A DNA stretch of 62,000 nucleotides. Origin: Vicugna vicugna. Taxonomy: Eukaryota. The stretch covers positions 434,001 to 496,000 of the forward strand of contig MU058065.1 in the NCBI GenBank assembly GCA_013265495.1, given 5' to 3'. The notes under the pieces were generated by a model, which did no database searches, was not told the DNA's origin, and saw only the letters and a program-made list of their open reading frames with translations. The position numbers and the translations under genes were made by a program. This document shows, piece by piece, positions 12,151-25,150 of this stretch (position 1 is the stretch's first letter; each line of letters opens with the position of its first letter).

Positions 12151-13292
12151 TGGGCTTCTTAGGGATTTTAGGCAAGACTAAATGGGGTTATGTGTGTTGG
12201 GAAGGGTAGAGAATGAGGTGGCAGTCATCTCACATCATGGAAGGAAATTTTTTGTTTTAGTAAGTTGTTTCAAATATTTATCATCTATAATTGAATGTAT
12301 TTAATGTATAAGCTAAAAACTTTAACTCATAAAATCAAATGCATGAAGTGAGTCTAGGTTAGAGGCACATTTCCTTGGACAATAGAAATCAATCAAAACC
12401 ACTCATGTTTGGAGCTGCATGGATCTTTGGCTCTTTCTTGCTATCTTCAGCACTATAGTTAAAAATCAAAGGAAAATCTAAGATATGAACAAACTTCTCG
12501 TATGTGAAATTGTGAAGTAAATTCCATGTGGCAATAACTTAGTGATAGAGCTCTTCCTACTTGCAGATATTTTATTGTTTGTTTATTTATTTGTTTTTTT
12601 CTAGTTGGTGTCAGCAACATTTTGGTTTAAAAACACCAACAAATCAACTGTTGTAACTAAACCAAACCCAATTAAACAAGTCAGAAAAGAGAGACAGATG
12701 ATGATGATGATAAGAAATACTTGTACGTCACAGCTCTGCTCAGGACTAGTTTTACCTGAAACATTTTTCCATTAAGTCACAGCAGGTTATGATACCAATC
12801 CATGGTTCATTAAAAACCTTTCTTCTGCCGGAGACCCTCATTGCAGTCAGTGGGGACAAAAATGGAAAGTGATTTTAGAATCATGGTGTGCGAGCTCTTA
12901 CTATGAGCTAAATCCCGTTCAGGATGACTGAAGGATTGATTCCTGCAAGTTCTAGATACAGCATTGACTACAGGTAGGTGTTGGGTTGAACTTTGAGAAG
13001 AACTGGGAAATCCTATAGAAATATAGATTTATATTCAGGTGTTCACTACGTCAAGGCAATGCTTAAGTTATGCTCAACTAAAATGTTTTAATAGTGTACA
13101 AAAAACAATTTACTTAAATAATTATAAAGCAAATGTTAAAAACAGAGATTTTTAGATTTAATCCTGTTTCTGGAATGTCCTCACTTTATTTTCATCCTCC
13201 ACTATCTCAATGCCTCAGTTCTTATCATCTCAGAGATGAGGGGAATCAATGTGGCTTTATGAGGATACTAGAAGAAACAATTTCAGAACTAG

Positions 13293-13912
13293 CTGTAAGA
13301 GATTAAGAGGTATAATCCTCCAGTTACAAAATAAATGAATCACAGGTATGAAATGTACAGTGTGGGGAACACAGTCAATAGTGATGGAATGTATTTGTAT
13401 GGGGACAGATGGTAACGAGGCTTATTCCCGTGATCATTTTGAAATATATGAAAATATTGAATCACTATGTTGTGCACTAACAACAGTGCTTAAGGTCCGT
13501 GAGACTTCGAAACCAGCCAAACAAACAAAAGAGAAAAGAGAATTTGTTGTTACCACAAGTGGGGGGTAAGTAAGAAGAGGGGAAATTGGATGAAGGTGGT
13601 CAAAGGTACAGACTTACAGTTAGAAGATAAATAAGTACTATAGATTTAATGTATAACATGAAAAATATAATTAACACTGCTGTATGTTATATATGAAAGT
13701 TGTTCAAAGAATAAACGCAAGATTTCTTCTCACAAGTAAAATATATATTTTTCCTTTTCCTTTTATTTTGTGTCTATATGAGATGATGGATGTTCACTAA
13801 ATTTATGGGAGGCATTTCATGGTATCTGTAAGTCAAATCATTATGCTGTATACCTTAGACTTATACAGCGTTGTCTGTCAGTTATAGCTAAATAAAACTG
13901 AAAATAAAAAAG
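13293..13912 (+). mobile_element. L1MC-type (L1MC1-like) 3' end
   Basis: ggatgaaggtggtcaaaggtacagact...taattaacactgctgtatgttatatatgaaagttg...gtaagtcaaatcattatgctgta...aataaaactg plus A-tail. Confidence 0.85.
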
Positions 13913-14873
13913 AAATGTTATTGTCGTCATTCTGCAAGAATGAAATATTAAAAGTTTAGAAAAATTATTTTTGTCAAAGCAAAAAGATGATTTGGTTTAT
14001 TGATAGCTCTCTTATTTCCACTTGTTCTTTTGGGTTATGTTCCTTTGACACATCAATAGTTTACTTAGCTGCTCTTTTGGAGATGTTCTGATAAAAAATT
14101 GAACCAATGTTCCTTTCTTTATTGCTATAAATTCTCCTTTCAGTTTTTAAACATCTCTTCTCTGATCTAATGCTTTCTTGGAGCCCTTTGCCTCTTCTCA
14201 ATTGTAAGATAGATTCATGCAGAAGAATTTTATCCAGTGCTCTAGTCTTGTTTATAATGGTAAGTTCTTTAGAAATTTCATAACTAATGTTTCCAAGTGT
14301 TCAGTATTAAATATGAACACATCGGGGTTGAACTACCAACAACCAGTTTCTGGAGGAAAGAGTCAAGCAGTCAACAAACCAACAAAGGCTGAGAGCTATT
14401 AAATACTCTGAGATTCTAGCTATTTATCATTGGTGTTTGGTAATTGTGATTTATTGGGGAAAGTTGCAATGCTCTGAGTTCATCAGGCATTCACTTCTGT
14501 ATTGTGGCCCAGGCTTACTGCTTTTGTTTGTAACATAAATCATGTCTGGATACCAAAGACTACAGATCTCCTAACCTTTAAGCTTTTGGGTTTTTTTTTT
14601 TTTGTATTCTTTTTGCTTCCTTATTAAGAATTCTTGATGCTATGCTTTAATAGATATTATTTTTCTTAAAAGAAATATGGTTCCAGAAATATTATTTGAT
14701 ATAAGGGTTGCTAGAAGACAAGTGAGCTCCTAATTTATGGCATTTGACACTTCCTTAACTCTTCTTGGTGTCATTTTGAATCAGAATCACCTACTTAAAA
14801 AAATACTGTTTCTTGAAATCCTGACAATAAGTAATTCATTAGCTTATATTCTGAATAATTAAAAAATTAACAT

Positions 14874-15130
14874 GGCAGTGGGGGAGGGATAAATTAAGAG
14901 TTTGAGATGAACAGATACAAACTGCTATATGTAAAATAGATTAACAACAGGGTCCTACCGTATAGCACAGGGAACCATGTTTAATAATTTGTAATAGCAT
15001 ATAATGAAAAATAATATGAAAAAGAACATATATATATATATATGTATGACTGGATCACTATGTTGTACACCAGAAACTAACACAACATTGTAAGTCAACT
15101 AGACTTCAATTAAAAAAATTAAAAAATAAA
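14874..15130 (+). mobile_element. L1 3' end (artiodactyl type)
   Basis: gggagggataaatt...tatagcacagggaac...tgtacaccagaaactaacacaacattgtaagtcaacta plus A-tail. Confidence 0.88.
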
Positions 15131-15194
15131 TTGGCATACTAAATTTTGCTTTAAGTTACAGGTTACCGACTCCCTTCTTTTAAGAACTCCCCTC

Positions 15195-15547
15195 AGAGGC
15201 TGTGCCCTTAAATCTTTACTTGCTGGGTTCCTTCCTGTCATTCACAGTTCATATCAAACATCATTTCCTCAAATAGGAAATGATTTCTAAAGATCCAGTG
15301 CTCTCTACACTGGCCCTCCGCCATTACTCTATCACATTGCCTTGTTTTATGTCAATATCGGAAGTCATCTTTCGTATCTGTTTCCTTTTTTATTGTCTGT
15401 ATCTTCTAAGTAGGAGGAACTTAGAAGAGGGTTTTTGAGGGTTGGTTGAGATTTCACCCTTCTTGTTTTCAGTTGTGTCCTCAGAGCCGTATCCTTCATT
15501 CAGGACTCAATATGTAATAGACAATAAATACTTGAGTAAATTCAATA
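15195..15547 (+). mobile_element. L2 3' region
   Basis: ccttcctgtcattcacag...cattactctatcacattgccttgtttt...aataaatacttgagtaaat. Confidence 0.6.
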
Positions 15548-16299
15548 CACATATTAAACTGGAGTTAGAAAGAACTATTGTTTCACTGCAGTTTATGCTC
15601 TATATAATCTTGAGCACAGTATTAAACCCCATTCATCTTATTTCTTTTTGTAAAATGTGAGTTTTTACTATGTAAAAATGATTTGAGAAGCATGGCTTGA
15701 ATGGTTGCTTTAACATTGAAGACTGTGACAGCTTTAACTTTGAAAATTCCATTTATGCAGTATTGCTTAATGACAAGAAAGCCCATTGCATTGGACTGTT
15801 TCACTCTACTAGTAGACATCTGTAAATACATTTTAGATGAATTATTGTTTTCCTTGGATTTTGAGAGGCAATTGTTTTAATTTATGTATTTTCCTCTCTT
15901 GAATACCTCCTTTCTGCTCTAACATTGACTTGACATCATCGTATGGGTGAAAAAAGATCACTGTTTAAAAGGGTACCTATTTCTGGCTGCGCTCTGTCAG
16001 GACCTGATCAAATTTGGTTTAGTGTTACTGAAGCTAAGCTCGAGAGATGTTACTGAATCTCCAGTTCACTCTGAATGATCAGTGGTCTTTGGAAGCCCTC
16101 ATTAATACCTACTCTTCATTTTCTCCCACAATCCAAATTCAAAGGCCAGGTTTCAAGTGCCTGAAACAAATAGATGACAACTGGCTTTTTTCACCTCCTA
16201 TTTTTTGATCAAGCTATATATTCTTATAATCTATTTTAATAACCTTATTTAAAATAGGATAAGAAATTTGGTCCTTCTTATTCCCTTCTCATGTTAATT

Positions 16300-16500
16300 T
16301 TGTCCTCAGTACTTATCAGTTTATCAACATCTAACATCACACGTGCACAGATTATTTATCTTGTTCTTTGTTTTTCTCCAGCAGCTTGGAAGTTCCACAT
16401 CAAAATTGTTTTCTATTTGGACTGTTTTGCTCCTTGTGGGTCTAGTACGTGTCACACAGTAGAAATATAGTAAGTATTTGTTGAATGAGTAAATGAATAT
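16300..16500 (+). mobile_element. L2 3' end
   Basis: cacacagtagaaatatagtaagtatttgttgaatgagtaaatgaat terminal motif. Confidence 0.6.
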
Positions 16501-17479
16501 TTTCATCTATAATTTCTAGATAATTTTTTTTTCATTTAACTTATTACCAGAGAAGCAGGGCCAATATTTGCTTATGATTTCTCATTAGAAAAATCAGTCA
16601 TTATTTTGGAACTTAATTTTGTCATTATGTGTTAAACATAGCAATTTTTTCCTTTGGAATGGAAATTCGTGAAAAAAATCCATAAGAAGCTATTCAAATT
16701 AGCTTGGATGCAAAAAGCCTTACGATTCTGATGAATAGGACAGAGAGCATTAAAAAAAAGGGCTTCTGTGGGTGTATCGTTCAATAATCTTACACAAAAT
16801 GCTTCCTATTTTTTAAAATCTTAATTAAGGAAGAAGAGAGAATTTTTCTCTACTATTTTGATCATCACACTTCTTTGTTTCTTGCCTATGAAGCTTAAGA
16901 GGAAAAGGTTTGTTTTTTTACATGAGCTGAAATTTCCATACATTTCATTATTCTTCAGGATAATTTGAGCTTTTTGAGTGCCAAGCACCCCTTCCCTTTC
17001 TCATACTTGACTAGATTAATCTCAGGAGGGAAGGCATGTTGAACAGTATTTTTTCCTTCCAGTAAATCAAATTAAGGGTTGTTCAACATCTCAGGCAGGA
17101 TGGGGAAGCTCTGTGAAGTGTTTTTTTTTCCCCAGAAGAACAGGGCATTCGCTATTCATAAGATTCTAGCATGCAGAACAACAAAGAGAGCTAAATAGCA
17201 AATTGCCAGGACTTAATAAAAATCTGAGTGACCTTTCCTTCTTGGAGGAAAGGGTCACTGATCCAAAGCATGCTATTGATACGAACAAGAAAGAAAAATG
17301 AATAAGTGGACCTGGATGAGGGAATTTTAGGTTAGTTAAACTGAAACCACCTGTTGTCCCTAATTATTTCATTTTTCACAAAGTAAACCCAATGTGTTAG
17401 AAATTCCAAATTATAGAAAGCTATTTTTTGGAGTTAAATGAACCTAAAGCAATAATTTCCCCTTATAAAACACATCCCA

Positions 17480-17760
17480 TGCATTCATTTTCTCAGTCTT
17501 TCATTCGTTCATTCCAGGGGCCCATTGTCTACTAGACAGACCAACCTGGAAATAATTACAATGGTATGACAAATGTCCTAATAAAAATGTGAACAATTCA
17601 CAGAGAAGGATTTGGTTCACTCTGCCTGCCTGCAGAATTTAGACAAAGGTTTTGTCAGAGAGTGACATTTGAACCGAATTTTAAAGAATGAGGAGGATTT
17701 TTCCAGCAGGACAACGTGGAAGGAACATATTGAACAAAAGCAAATGGCTTTTTTCAAAGC
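17480..17760 (-). mobile_element. L2 fragment
   Basis: gagtgacatttgaaccgaattttaaagaatgaggaggatttttccagcag. Confidence 0.5.
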
Positions 17761-18559
17761 AATCAATATGAAAAAGAGCAAATAAGAAATGTGTTAAGTC
17801 TTTGCTTGTTTCATAAGAAGGCTTGTTAAGTCATTTTCCTGAATGTTAATATTAATTTTTTTAACAACTGTATGCCTGCTTTTCATGTCTAACTCAACAA
17901 AGTCTCCAATAACCAACTTTAGATGACTAAAACCAGAGTGTCAGGGAATCTCATTTTTAATGGGAATCGTTTGTTCAGATCACTATGGTGAAGACATGTG
18001 TTCACTGGCTGGAGAGTTAAATAGCCTAAATGTTCTGCAAGCATTTCCAGGATGCCTATTCAGAATGACGGTCCTCTTGTGGGTAAAGTGTTGCCGTTTC
18101 CCCATTGCTGGTGATGGAATGTCTTGATTAATATCTCTCACTTTTCTTCATTCTACCTCCTGGGTGTTTTGGCCATGACTTCATGGGAATTTAATGGTTG
18201 CTTGGTAGAAATATTTGTCACAGTTAGGACAGCTCGTATGTTCTTTTGCAACAGATGTTTGTTTGCTCCCTTTACTCCTTCTGACCTCTTGTCTCCTTTC
18301 TTAGCTGCCTTCACCTTTTTCCCATCACCTCCTTCCTGTCCCCGCAAAAGGAGTTAAGACTTGTCCATGCTGTGATCTTTCTATTCATTATTCTTAATCC
18401 TTATCATGTACTTGATATTGTAGCTATTATAAAATTAACTAAATATTCCAAATTTCATTATTTTTGCTTGGTATTTTAAGTTAATGTATAATTCTTTGAA
18501 TTTTAAGATTGTAATAGAAGTGTATTATTGTGTGGAAGTGTTATAAAGCGTTCTATTTT

Positions 18560-18682
18560 AATTTTTTTTAATTTTTAACTTTTTTTATTGAGTAATAGTC
18601 ATTTTACAACGTTGTGTCAAATTCTAGTGTAGAGCACAATTTTTCAGTTATATATGAACATATATATATTCATTGTCAATTT
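18560..18682 (-). mobile_element. Very short young L1 3' end
   Basis: Same 3' end as 51443-51540 and 57947-58170; TSD taaagcgttctatttt 18544-18559 / taaagctttctatttt 18683-18698. Confidence 0.85.
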
Positions 18683-19159
18683 TAAAGCTTTCTATTTTTT
18701 CTAGGCCTAGACATTCTGAAAAATACAGCATCTAATAAAAATCCTAAAAGCATCAAGAGAGAGTAATTCCAGATTTCCAACTGAAGCGCATCCTAGAAGC
18801 AGATTAAACATTAACATCAAAGAACACACACCCATATGTAAAAAGGTCAAGTTTTTGAAAGTAGAAGATTAAGGAAACAGATATCCCTGGGGGTGACTGG
18901 CTGTTACTGCTAACTTCAAAATACTCTTGGTTTCAGTTATTTTTTCAAGATGTCATAAAATCCTGTAGCCATTCCAATCATTTCATGCCTAAAGTTCTCC
19001 CCATAGAAATAACATATTTTTCAGGACAGTGTTACTAAAGGAATGAAACGAAGTCTATTAGACATCTGCAGAAGATCTGTGCACTGAAAGATTTGTGCTT
19101 CATGGTATGTTTTTTCCTTTCTCTTGCTATTTTGCTGGAGTTCCTTGTGACCAAGCTTT

Positions 19160-19445
19160 TTTATTTTCTTTTGCTTTTTCTATTGAAGTATCATCAGTTA
19201 TAATGTGTCAATTTCTGTTGTACAGCACAATATCCCAGTCATGTATATGCATACATATAATCGTTTTCATATTTTTTAATATTTTATTATTTTATTATCA
19301 TTTTTTATTTTGGTGGAGTGGGGAGGTAATTAGGCTTATTTATTTTTAGAGGAGGTACTGGGGATTGAACCCAAGACCTTGTGCATGCTAAGCATGTGCT
19401 CTACCACTTGAGCTATACCCTCCCCATCTTGTTTTCATATTTTTT
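19160..19445 (-). mobile_element. L1 3' end carrying a nested SINE
   Basis: tattgaagtatcatcagttataatgtgtcaatttctg...; flanked by caagctttt / caagcattt. Confidence 0.8.
19278..19425 (-). mobile_element. tRNA-derived SINE, Vic-1 (camelid) type
   Basis: Reverse strand reads ggggagggtatagctcaagtggtagagc (A box)...gggttcaatccc (B box)...aaataagcctaattacctcccc; 15-bp TSD gttttcatatttttt 19263-19277 / 19431-19445. Confidence 0.92.
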
Positions 19446-19584
19446 CAAGCATTTTCTTCCTTGAAGAATAATGAGTTCTCTGAAATATATCCAACCTCAA
19501 GAAAGACACTTATTGAAACAGTCAAATATGATCCCCAGAAAAATATCTGTCACTTACACCAATGGTGGGTGCGTTGAATAAATA

Positions 19585-20085
19585 GTGTAATTAATTGCAA
19601 GCAACAAAAATAAGCTAATTCAAATAGTAAAGAAATTTTTTAGGAAGTAAGTGGCAGGTCACAGAATCCCTAAGAGGACCACAGAATTGGCTTGGGGGAT
19701 TTCAGCCAGGAACAACACTTCAAATTGTGCCCCAGAACTCTCCATAAACTGTCACCACAGGGTCCAGCAACATCAGTGCCATTGCTGGGCCCTGTGTCCC
19801 TGTGACTGGACACAGTTACTAACTCTGCTGCCTTCCCCGCCTTACCACGTGGGTTCTATGTGGATTCTGTTCACTTGTGTCTCCATCTCCAGATTCAAAG
19901 CTCAAGGAGGGTACATCTGACTGAAAGAGTCAAGGTCTCACAACTGTGCCCTAGCTTCAAGGGAGGCTGGCTTTCTCCAGTTCTACATTAGGAGGTAGTA
20001 TTTCCATAAGATAGACATGTATCCTGTACACAAAGGATGATAGGTTCACAGATGGCCTAAAGGAACAAAAAAAATGTCTGCTACA
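19585..20085 (-). mobile_element. Old MaLR LTR (MLT1K-N group)
   Basis: ttgcaagcaacaaaaa...catctgactg...gtgccctagcttcaagggaggctgg...atgtctgctaca. Confidence 0.6.
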
Positions 20086-20159
20086 GTAAACATTGGTTTC
20101 ATTTAGTGTAGATTTTGCTATAAAAGAAGGTTTAATTTCTTAAGTAGTCAATAAAAGCA

Positions 20160-20510
20160 AAATGTATTTGGAGCAAGAAGACCAGGGTTCAAATCAAGCC
20201 ACGAGCATTTAAGCTCATCAGGCCTTTGTATTCTCTCCTGTGTGTTATGTGTATGTGTTTGTGTGTATACACGCTCTGATGAAATTATATTTGCTCTCTT
20301 TTTTGGTGCCTCACATTGTTGTTATAAGGAGAGTCCAATGAGATGTATGTGAAAAGAATTTGAAAATACAGAGTAAAGGGATTTAGAGTCACATAAAACT
20401 AGATTCAAGTCCAGGCTCTATCTCTTATTAGATGTCTGATATTAGGCATGTTATTTAAATTATCCAAGCTTCAGTTTCCTAATATGTCAAATGGGGATAC
20501 ACTCAAAAAT
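20160..20510 (+). mobile_element. Two adjacent MIR SINEs
   Basis: agaagaccagggttcaaatc...; ctagattcaagtccaggctcta...gcttcagtttcctaatatgtcaaatgggga. Confidence 0.7.
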
Positions 20511-20939
20511 GGTCATGTTTATGTGCATAGGAACACACACACCCATTCAAAAACACATGTCCTTTACCCAACTATTATCTGGTTGACATAGAAGATATTG
20601 TATATATAATTCTGAATATTTTCTTGATGTCACAAATTATTACATCTTAGTAAACATTTGATATGCTTTTCCACTTACAAGTGTATCTGTCTCTTGCTAC
20701 GTAACTTCATTTTACACATAGTTCTCATGAAAATATCCCTAATTACTCTTTAAATCTCTTTTCCTCTCTCCTAAATATACTCTATGCTCTCCAGATATGA
20801 CAAACATTGTGTGGTAATGTCATGTATTTATTTGTTCACTTAAATATTTCTCTCTTGTATAGGGTACCATGCTAGTCAAGGAATACTCAGGAGTGAGTTA
20901 AAGGGCCATCATCTAATGAAAGAGACACTAAACAAGCAA

Positions 20940-21500
20940 ACAGGCCTTGTAAACCTAAAGCAGATCATGCCACGCTGCTGAAAAGCTTCCAATAGTTTCC
21001 CATGTAATTAAACATAAAGGGTAAAGCCTGCATAAAGGTCTATTAGGCCTTACAAAGTCCACTCCTGACCTCCTTACTGTCTGAACTCATTTTTTCACTA
21101 GTCTCTCCATTGTGTTTTGTCTCAGCCATACTGGCATGCTTGGGTTCTTAGAAAACAAAAGCTCTGCCCCCACTTCAGTGCTTTTGAACTGGCTGCTCCT
21201 TCCGCCTAGAGCCTGCCTCCCTACATAGTCTAGCTAATCCATCACCACCTTCAAGTCCTGCTGAAACACCACCTTTCTAAGGTGACCTGAACCACTTGCT
21301 TCATTTTTTTCCATTGCACTATAAGTGCAACTTCCATTACACTGTAAAATATACTTCTTTATTATCTGTTTCCCCTCAGTGTTGGTGTTGCATGTGGGCA
21401 GGAAACTTTGCTTGGCGTGTTCCCTGTCCTATTCCATGTGCTTGTCATGTGGCCTGAAACACAGTAGGCATTTTATGAATATTTGTTGAATAAGCGAACA
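20940..21500 (+). mobile_element. L2 3' region
   Basis: cagatcatgccacgctgctgaaaagcttccaatag...cacagtaggcattttatgaatatttgttgaata. Confidence 0.75.
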
Positions 21501-22984
21501 ACAGAAAGAAGTAATCATCGTTTGCAGGACCGGGAAAGAAATTAGCAAGCTACTCAGGTAAAGGCTAACAGGTTAGGGGAGGCCTCCTCTTGTTAGGAAG
21601 GCCAGAAGGGGCCTCACTAAAGCTAATTTTACGCCGCATTGTCAACATCACCTGAAGGATGTGAAGGGTGAATGTTGCAGGTCGGGGAAGAGCGTGGGCG
21701 TCCATTCTAAGGTGAAGAAGGTATTTCTCATTTGAGGAACTGGAAAAAGCCACTGTGGCTACAGCACAGGAAGAAAGAGGGAATGGCATCTGAGGGGAGG
21801 TTGAAGAATTTGCAGAGACTTGACCCTGTCTGTATAGGCCTGAGGCCACGGTAAGGTTCTGTGGGTTTACCAGGAGTATGAGGAGGGCCGTTGTTTTTCC
21901 AAGCAGGATACTGTGTTTCAGTTTACATTTGTAAAAGATTATTTTGACTGCTATGTGGAGAATCACAGCAGTAGAGCAAGAAGACTCATCGAAAATGTAT
22001 TTAAGAAGTCTCAGTAACAGATGATGATGTCTTGAAATTAAGTGGTGACTATAGAAAAAGTGAAAAATGGAAAGATTTGAGAACATTTTGCTAATAGGAT
22101 GCATAGTACTTGGTGATGGGTAAGACAGAGACATGATAAAAAAGAGAGAGAGAAGAGTCGGTAACGATTCTTTCCACCACCCTCTCTCTAAAGCCACTAT
22201 AGGGGCAGTTTTGTCCTTTACTAATATGGGGTGGAGTGGGGTGACAAGTTCAAATGGAAAATCAAGAGTTCTTTTGCACTCGTGTTAAGTCTGAGATGTC
22301 TTTGAAACATTCAAGTAGACATATGAAGTGAGTGTTTGAAAATGTTAAGTCTGGACTTCTAAGGGGAAGTTAAGGGAAAGATACAAATATGAAAACGATC
22401 CACACAGGTGCATGATTGCGAGCCATGGCTATGCTTGTTATACTCCGAGAAGGAAGCTCAGAGGTGAGAGAAGGGACCCAGTTACAATCCCTTGAATTTG
22501 TGGCCAAAGGAGAATGAGATCCATCAACACCCAGGAAGTAGGAGAAAAGCCAAAGAGAATGAAGTGTTCTAAGAAAGAGCCAGTGCTCTCCAGTGCTTCT
22601 CAGAACTATAATAAGATGAAGACAGAAAAATATTCATCGATTTTGGCAAAAAGTAACTCACTGGGGACATTAATAGCAGCAGTTTCAGAGGAGTGATGAG
22701 AGCGAAATCAGACTGGAAGGAGGCGAAGAATGAATGGCCAGCAGGAAATATGAAGCTTAAAAGGAGCTGAGAAGGGAGATGTATTTATAAGTAGGGTGTT
22801 TCAAGGGAGGATTTTTGTTTTAATAGTGAAGAAAGTAGAACATGTTTATATGTAATCTGATGATCTGGTAGAAAGAGATACTTGATGCTGGAGACAGCAG
22901 AGCTGGCCAATGGGCAAAGTCCTTGCTAGGCAGGAGTGGAGGAACTGAGTCCCAAGAGAACACATTCTCTCTTGAGACAGGTGG

Positions 22985-23350
22985 GAAGAAGCAGAACATG
23001 GGAGTTGATGCAGGCTGAGTTCCACTTGAGATTTTTTTTCTGCTCCTGGCTGGGCTCACTCCCAAGTCTTGTGGGTGACTGGCTCTTGGATGGAGTGCTG
23101 GTGACAGGTAGGTCACGTGTCTCTCATCTCCCAGCAGGCTAGAACAGGCATTTCCTCCTACTGGTGGCTAAGGGTAGAACATTCACACAAGCATTTTACT
23201 TGTGTAATGCTTGCTAATATTCCATTGACAAAGCAAGTCATGTGGTTGAGTGTAGAGTCAGAACGCAAGGCAAACAAAATGACAAAGCAAAGAGTCTGAA
23301 TACAAGGACTGATGATGGACTGAGGTGATGAATGCAATCAATCTAATTAC
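22985..23350 (-). mobile_element. MaLR LTR (MLT1H/I-like)
   Basis: ctctcatctcccagcaggctag...ttgctaatattccattgacaaagcaagtcatgtgg...gcaatcaatctaattaca. Confidence 0.7.
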
Positions 23351-24304
23351 AGAACTGGTTAGGGGACATGAGGGAACCCTGTTCAGTGGAATGAGGAAAA
23401 TTCTTCAGTTGAATGTTATGAGTAAAAGAGGTAAGAGCATAAAGAAGTGAGAAAAAATGTGAAATAAATTTTTTTAGGGAGAGAGAAAGATATTTAATTG
23501 AAACAGTATAATTTTTGAGTGTCAATGTGCGACTGACCATCATGAATTTGTTTGATACCAATATGACTACATGTGTGATTTTCTCTGATAGTGATGTACC
23601 GAGAGAATGCAAATATTGGAGAGGCTGGATTATCGAGTTAATTCAAGATTATGGGTGTGTTATGCCTATGCATGGAGGGTGACGGGATTAAGGAGGTTGC
23701 AGTAGCTGTAAGAAAATTATGATGATGATCTATAGAATTCAGAATGAACAAGTAGAGAAAGAAAAGCAGAAGGGAAGCCAAGGATGAAGAAAATAGAAGA
23801 ACTGATGAATTGGGGGTTTCTGTGAAGTCAGACAATGGATTCTGAGAGGATAACTAAGGAAGGAAATTGGAAACTCGAAGACTGTGGTTGGAGAAGGGGC
23901 ATCTGCAAATGTATGGTGTAAATGGTGAATGCTTTCTGGCTTTCGAATGTGCTATGCACCTTCATACCTGCGCTTTGAACCGTGCTGTCCTATTATTTCT
24001 GAGGTTTTTCCCTCCTCGTCTACCTGGATGAGTGGTACTGTCCTTAATTCCATCAGACATACATGCTTTTTGTCTGTTCTTACCTATGTGTGTTTCATCA
24101 GCATGTTGACTCTACATGCCTTTTAACTGCTGTCTTACTTAAGTGACCTTCTCCACCAGACTGAGTTCTTTGTTTATATGTCTCATCAGCTGGTGTGGTG
24201 CTTGATGCTCAACATAGGTGTGCTGAAAAAAAAAAAAAGAGTTGACAAGGCCTCAGACAATGGAAGCTATGAGGACAGATGAGATCATTAGTGGTTTTGT
24301 GTGG

Positions 24305-24365
24305 AGCTGCGCTGACCAATATGGCAGCCCTAACTATATGTGGCGATTTAAATAAAACTAATATA
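24305..24365. mobile_element. hAT MITE end (MER3/MER33-like)
   Basis: ctgcgctgaccaatatggcagcc...tatgtggcgatttaaa. Confidence 0.5.
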
Positions 24366-24919
24366 ATTCTTTAAAAAGGGGAAAAGGGAAAAAGATCTTA
24401 GGGATGATGTATGGAAGCCAACGATAGAGGTTCAGAAGAAATAGAAGAAGAGGGATTGAAGAAGAAAAAACAGAATGCTAGGATGTGGATCTTGGAGATG
24501 ACCTTCCACAAAGGATATGGCCAGTTATAGGAAAAAAACCCAAATTGCTACAAGAAATTCAATGTGAATGGAATATATGTGAAGATATGGTTTCATATAT
24601 AAACAAACATGCAGATATTAGATATATCTGCATTTATATATATACAAATGAAGACAGTAGGAGGGAAGGGAAGAAAAAAGATTAGACTATAGCAAAGTGA
24701 TAAGGCCAAGAGAAAGATTTTTTTTTTCTTTTGTGATAAGGAAGTGGTTTATTTGTGGACAGAGAGAAGTTCTACTAGAGAAGAAAGGATTAAGAGAAGA
24801 AGGGGTTGGAGTCATCAATAATATAAGTTCCAGAGGTTGATAGAAAAACTGGGATCTAGGGCGTGAGTATTGGATTAGGAGAAAAAAATAAATAACTTCC
24901 TCTCATTCTGAAAGCAAGA

Positions 24920-25150
24920 CTTTTCATTTATTGAACACGTATTTACTGAGTTCCTACTTGGTTCCCAGCACTGTTCTAGGTGCTAAGAATTCAGTGATAA
25001 ACAGAACAGAGAGAATACCTGGTCTTACGAAGGTAGTGGAGGCAGACAATAAACAAGGTAAGTAAAATACATAGCATTTTACAGAATGATAAGTGCTGGG
25101 GAGAAAAAGAAAGCAGGGGAAGAGGACAGAACGTGTCAACGGCACAGGGT
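24920..25150 (-). mobile_element. L2a 3' end
   Basis: tatttactgagttcctacttggttcccagcactgttctaggtgct...gataagtgctggggagaaaaagaaagcaggg. Confidence 0.8.

Larger units (their letters stand above)
21540..24900 (-). mobile_element. Long fragmented L2, interrupted by MLT1, a plus-strand L2 piece (~23960-24230) and a MITE
   Basis: GA-rich L2 antisense hallmarks: tttacatttgtaaaagattattttgactgctatgtggagaat; tgttaagtctgagatgtctttgaaacattcaagt; cattaatagcagcagtttcagaggagtgatg. Confidence 0.65.

Noticed and set aside
17036..17259. Two small hairpins (atgttgaaca/tgttcaacat; agtgacctttcct/aggaaagggtcact) as miRNA precursors
   Set aside because: Stems are too short for a pre-miRNA, no known mature sequence is recognised, and they are within chance.
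21565..22197. 210-aa ORF on the minus strand
   Set aside because: Lies wholly in decayed L2 sequence; low-complexity S/L/H/F composition, no splice or domain support.
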